From Tubulanus polymorphus (lineage: Eukaryota; Animalia; Nemertea), in contig NC_134025.1 of assembly GCF_964204645.1 (NCBI RefSeq), positions 18,575,101 through 18,639,100 on the forward strand: 64,000 bases of DNA. The letters are read 5' to 3'. Below, in pieces: positions 62,692-64,000 of the stretch (positions within the stretch are counted from its first letter, which is position 1; the number at the start of each line of letters is the position of its first letter). Below the pieces are notes generated by a model. It saw nothing but the letters and a program-made list of their open reading frames with translations. It was not told the DNA's origin and ran no database searches. The position numbers were made by a program, and so were the translations under genes.

Positions 62692-63440
62692 GGCGTCAAA
62701 AAAAGAATTGTCGGGGCGACAAAACCAAAATAATGAATTGTCGCGGGCGACAAAACCAAAATGGTGAATTGTCCAGGCGACAAAACCAAAATGTTGAATT
62801 GTCGCGGGTGACAAAACCAAAATAATGAATTGTCGCGGGCGATAAAACCAAAATAATGAAATGTCGCGGGCGATAAAACCAAAATAATGAATTATCGCGG
62901 GCGATAAAACCAAAATATTGAATTGTCGCGGGCGATAAAACCAAAATAATGAATTGTCGCGGGCGACAAAACCAAACTAATGAATTGTCGTTGGCGACAA
63001 AACCAAAAAAAGAATTGTCGGGGCGACAAAACCAAAATAATGAATTGTCGCGGGCAATAAAACCAAAATAATGAATTGTCGTGGGCGATAAAACCAAAAT
63101 AATGAATTGTCGCGGGCGATAAAACTAAAATAATGAATTGTCTCGGTCGACTAAACCAAAATAATGAATTGTCGCGGGTGATAAAACCAAAATAATGAAT
63201 TTTCTCAGGCGACAAAACCAAAATAATGAATTATCGCGGGCGATAAAACCAAAATATTGAATTGTCGCGGGCGACAAAACCAAAATATTGAATTGTCGCG
63301 GGCGACAAAATCAAACTAATGAATTGTCGCGGGCAATAAAACCAAAATAATGAATTGTCGCGGGCAATAAAACCAAAATAATGAATTGTCGCAGGTGATA
63401 AAACCAAAATAATGAATTGTCGCGGGCGACAAAACCAAAA
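62692..63440. repeat. 31-bp palindromic tandem array 2
   Basis: Same unit as array 1, preceded by TAA|GGCGTCAAA. Confidence 0.95.
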
Positions 63441-63960
63441 TAAATTGCCCATGGGCAAAGTGTGGTTTACCTTGAAAGCTAGAGGTTGTTTGGGGTAAGG
63501 GCATTGCTTGAAAAATCTTTTTAATTCGTGACTTCAAAGTTCTATTGTATTTCATCTTTCTCAAAGAAATATTTTGTAGTCAAATAAGACCAAAAATATA
63601 CATTTGTTTGGTCCACGTCCAAAATTTCGTAGGGTACAGGTAGGCGCGGCAGGGAAACTATTTTATATTTTCAAAGAAATATTTTTCACAATATGAAAAA
63701 ATATTCAAATAAAATTCATATGATGTCACATATCAGAGAGTGGCTGAATATTGAGTCTTGGGAACGAAACCTCTTCCAATGTATGGCCGTGGAATCTAAA
63801 ACACCGGAGCGTAGTATTAGATCATTTTAAATCTTGGAATTAACCATTACAATATTCAGACCTCGACCTATACCTATAGTTTGCTGCTTAATATTTTCAG
63901 GTCACAAGAAATTACAATTTATTATAAATTATATCAAACAGAAAACATAGCGCTCATCTT
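63441..63960 (+). mobile_element. Family Y 5' portion inserted into array 2
   Basis: Aligns to 25055-25570. Confidence 0.8.
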
Positions 63961-64000
63961 CTGTTGATGAAATGTCAGACGCGCCAGCAGGCAGCGTTTA

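Noticed and set aside
59297-63440. CRISPR-like array of palindromic 31-bp repeats
   Set aside because: Units are head-to-tail with no unique spacers, there are no cas genes, and the context is eukaryotic.
59263-63564. Many ORFs with FIILVLSPATIHYFGF repeats
   Set aside because: They are translations of the 31-bp satellite in rotating frames.

Overview
AT-rich, gene-poor eukaryotic (animal, probably marine invertebrate) DNA made almost entirely of nested, mostly decayed transposable elements. No intact host gene, rRNA, tRNA or CRISPR array is supportable. Recognisable retroelements: two Penelope-like retroelements (one Naiad-type), two Penelope-type hammerhead motifs, two L2/CR1-group LINEs, one RTEX-like LINE and two DIRS fragments. 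Recognisable DNA elements: a pogo element, hAT elements with 6-bp target duplications (one with a spliceosomal intron), several MITEs, Helentron-like non-autonomous elements and a 31-bp palindromic satellite. The most striking observation is the RTEX-like LINE at ~50.9-55.0 kb (minus strand). Its ORF1 region reconstructs as J-domain (DnaJ/Hsp40, HPD motif intact) - unnamed alpha/beta domain - PHD finger - coiled coil - SGNH esterase, i.e. a retrotransposon apparently encoding its own Hsp70 co-chaperone module. All calls come from reading motifs by eye; no database search was run.
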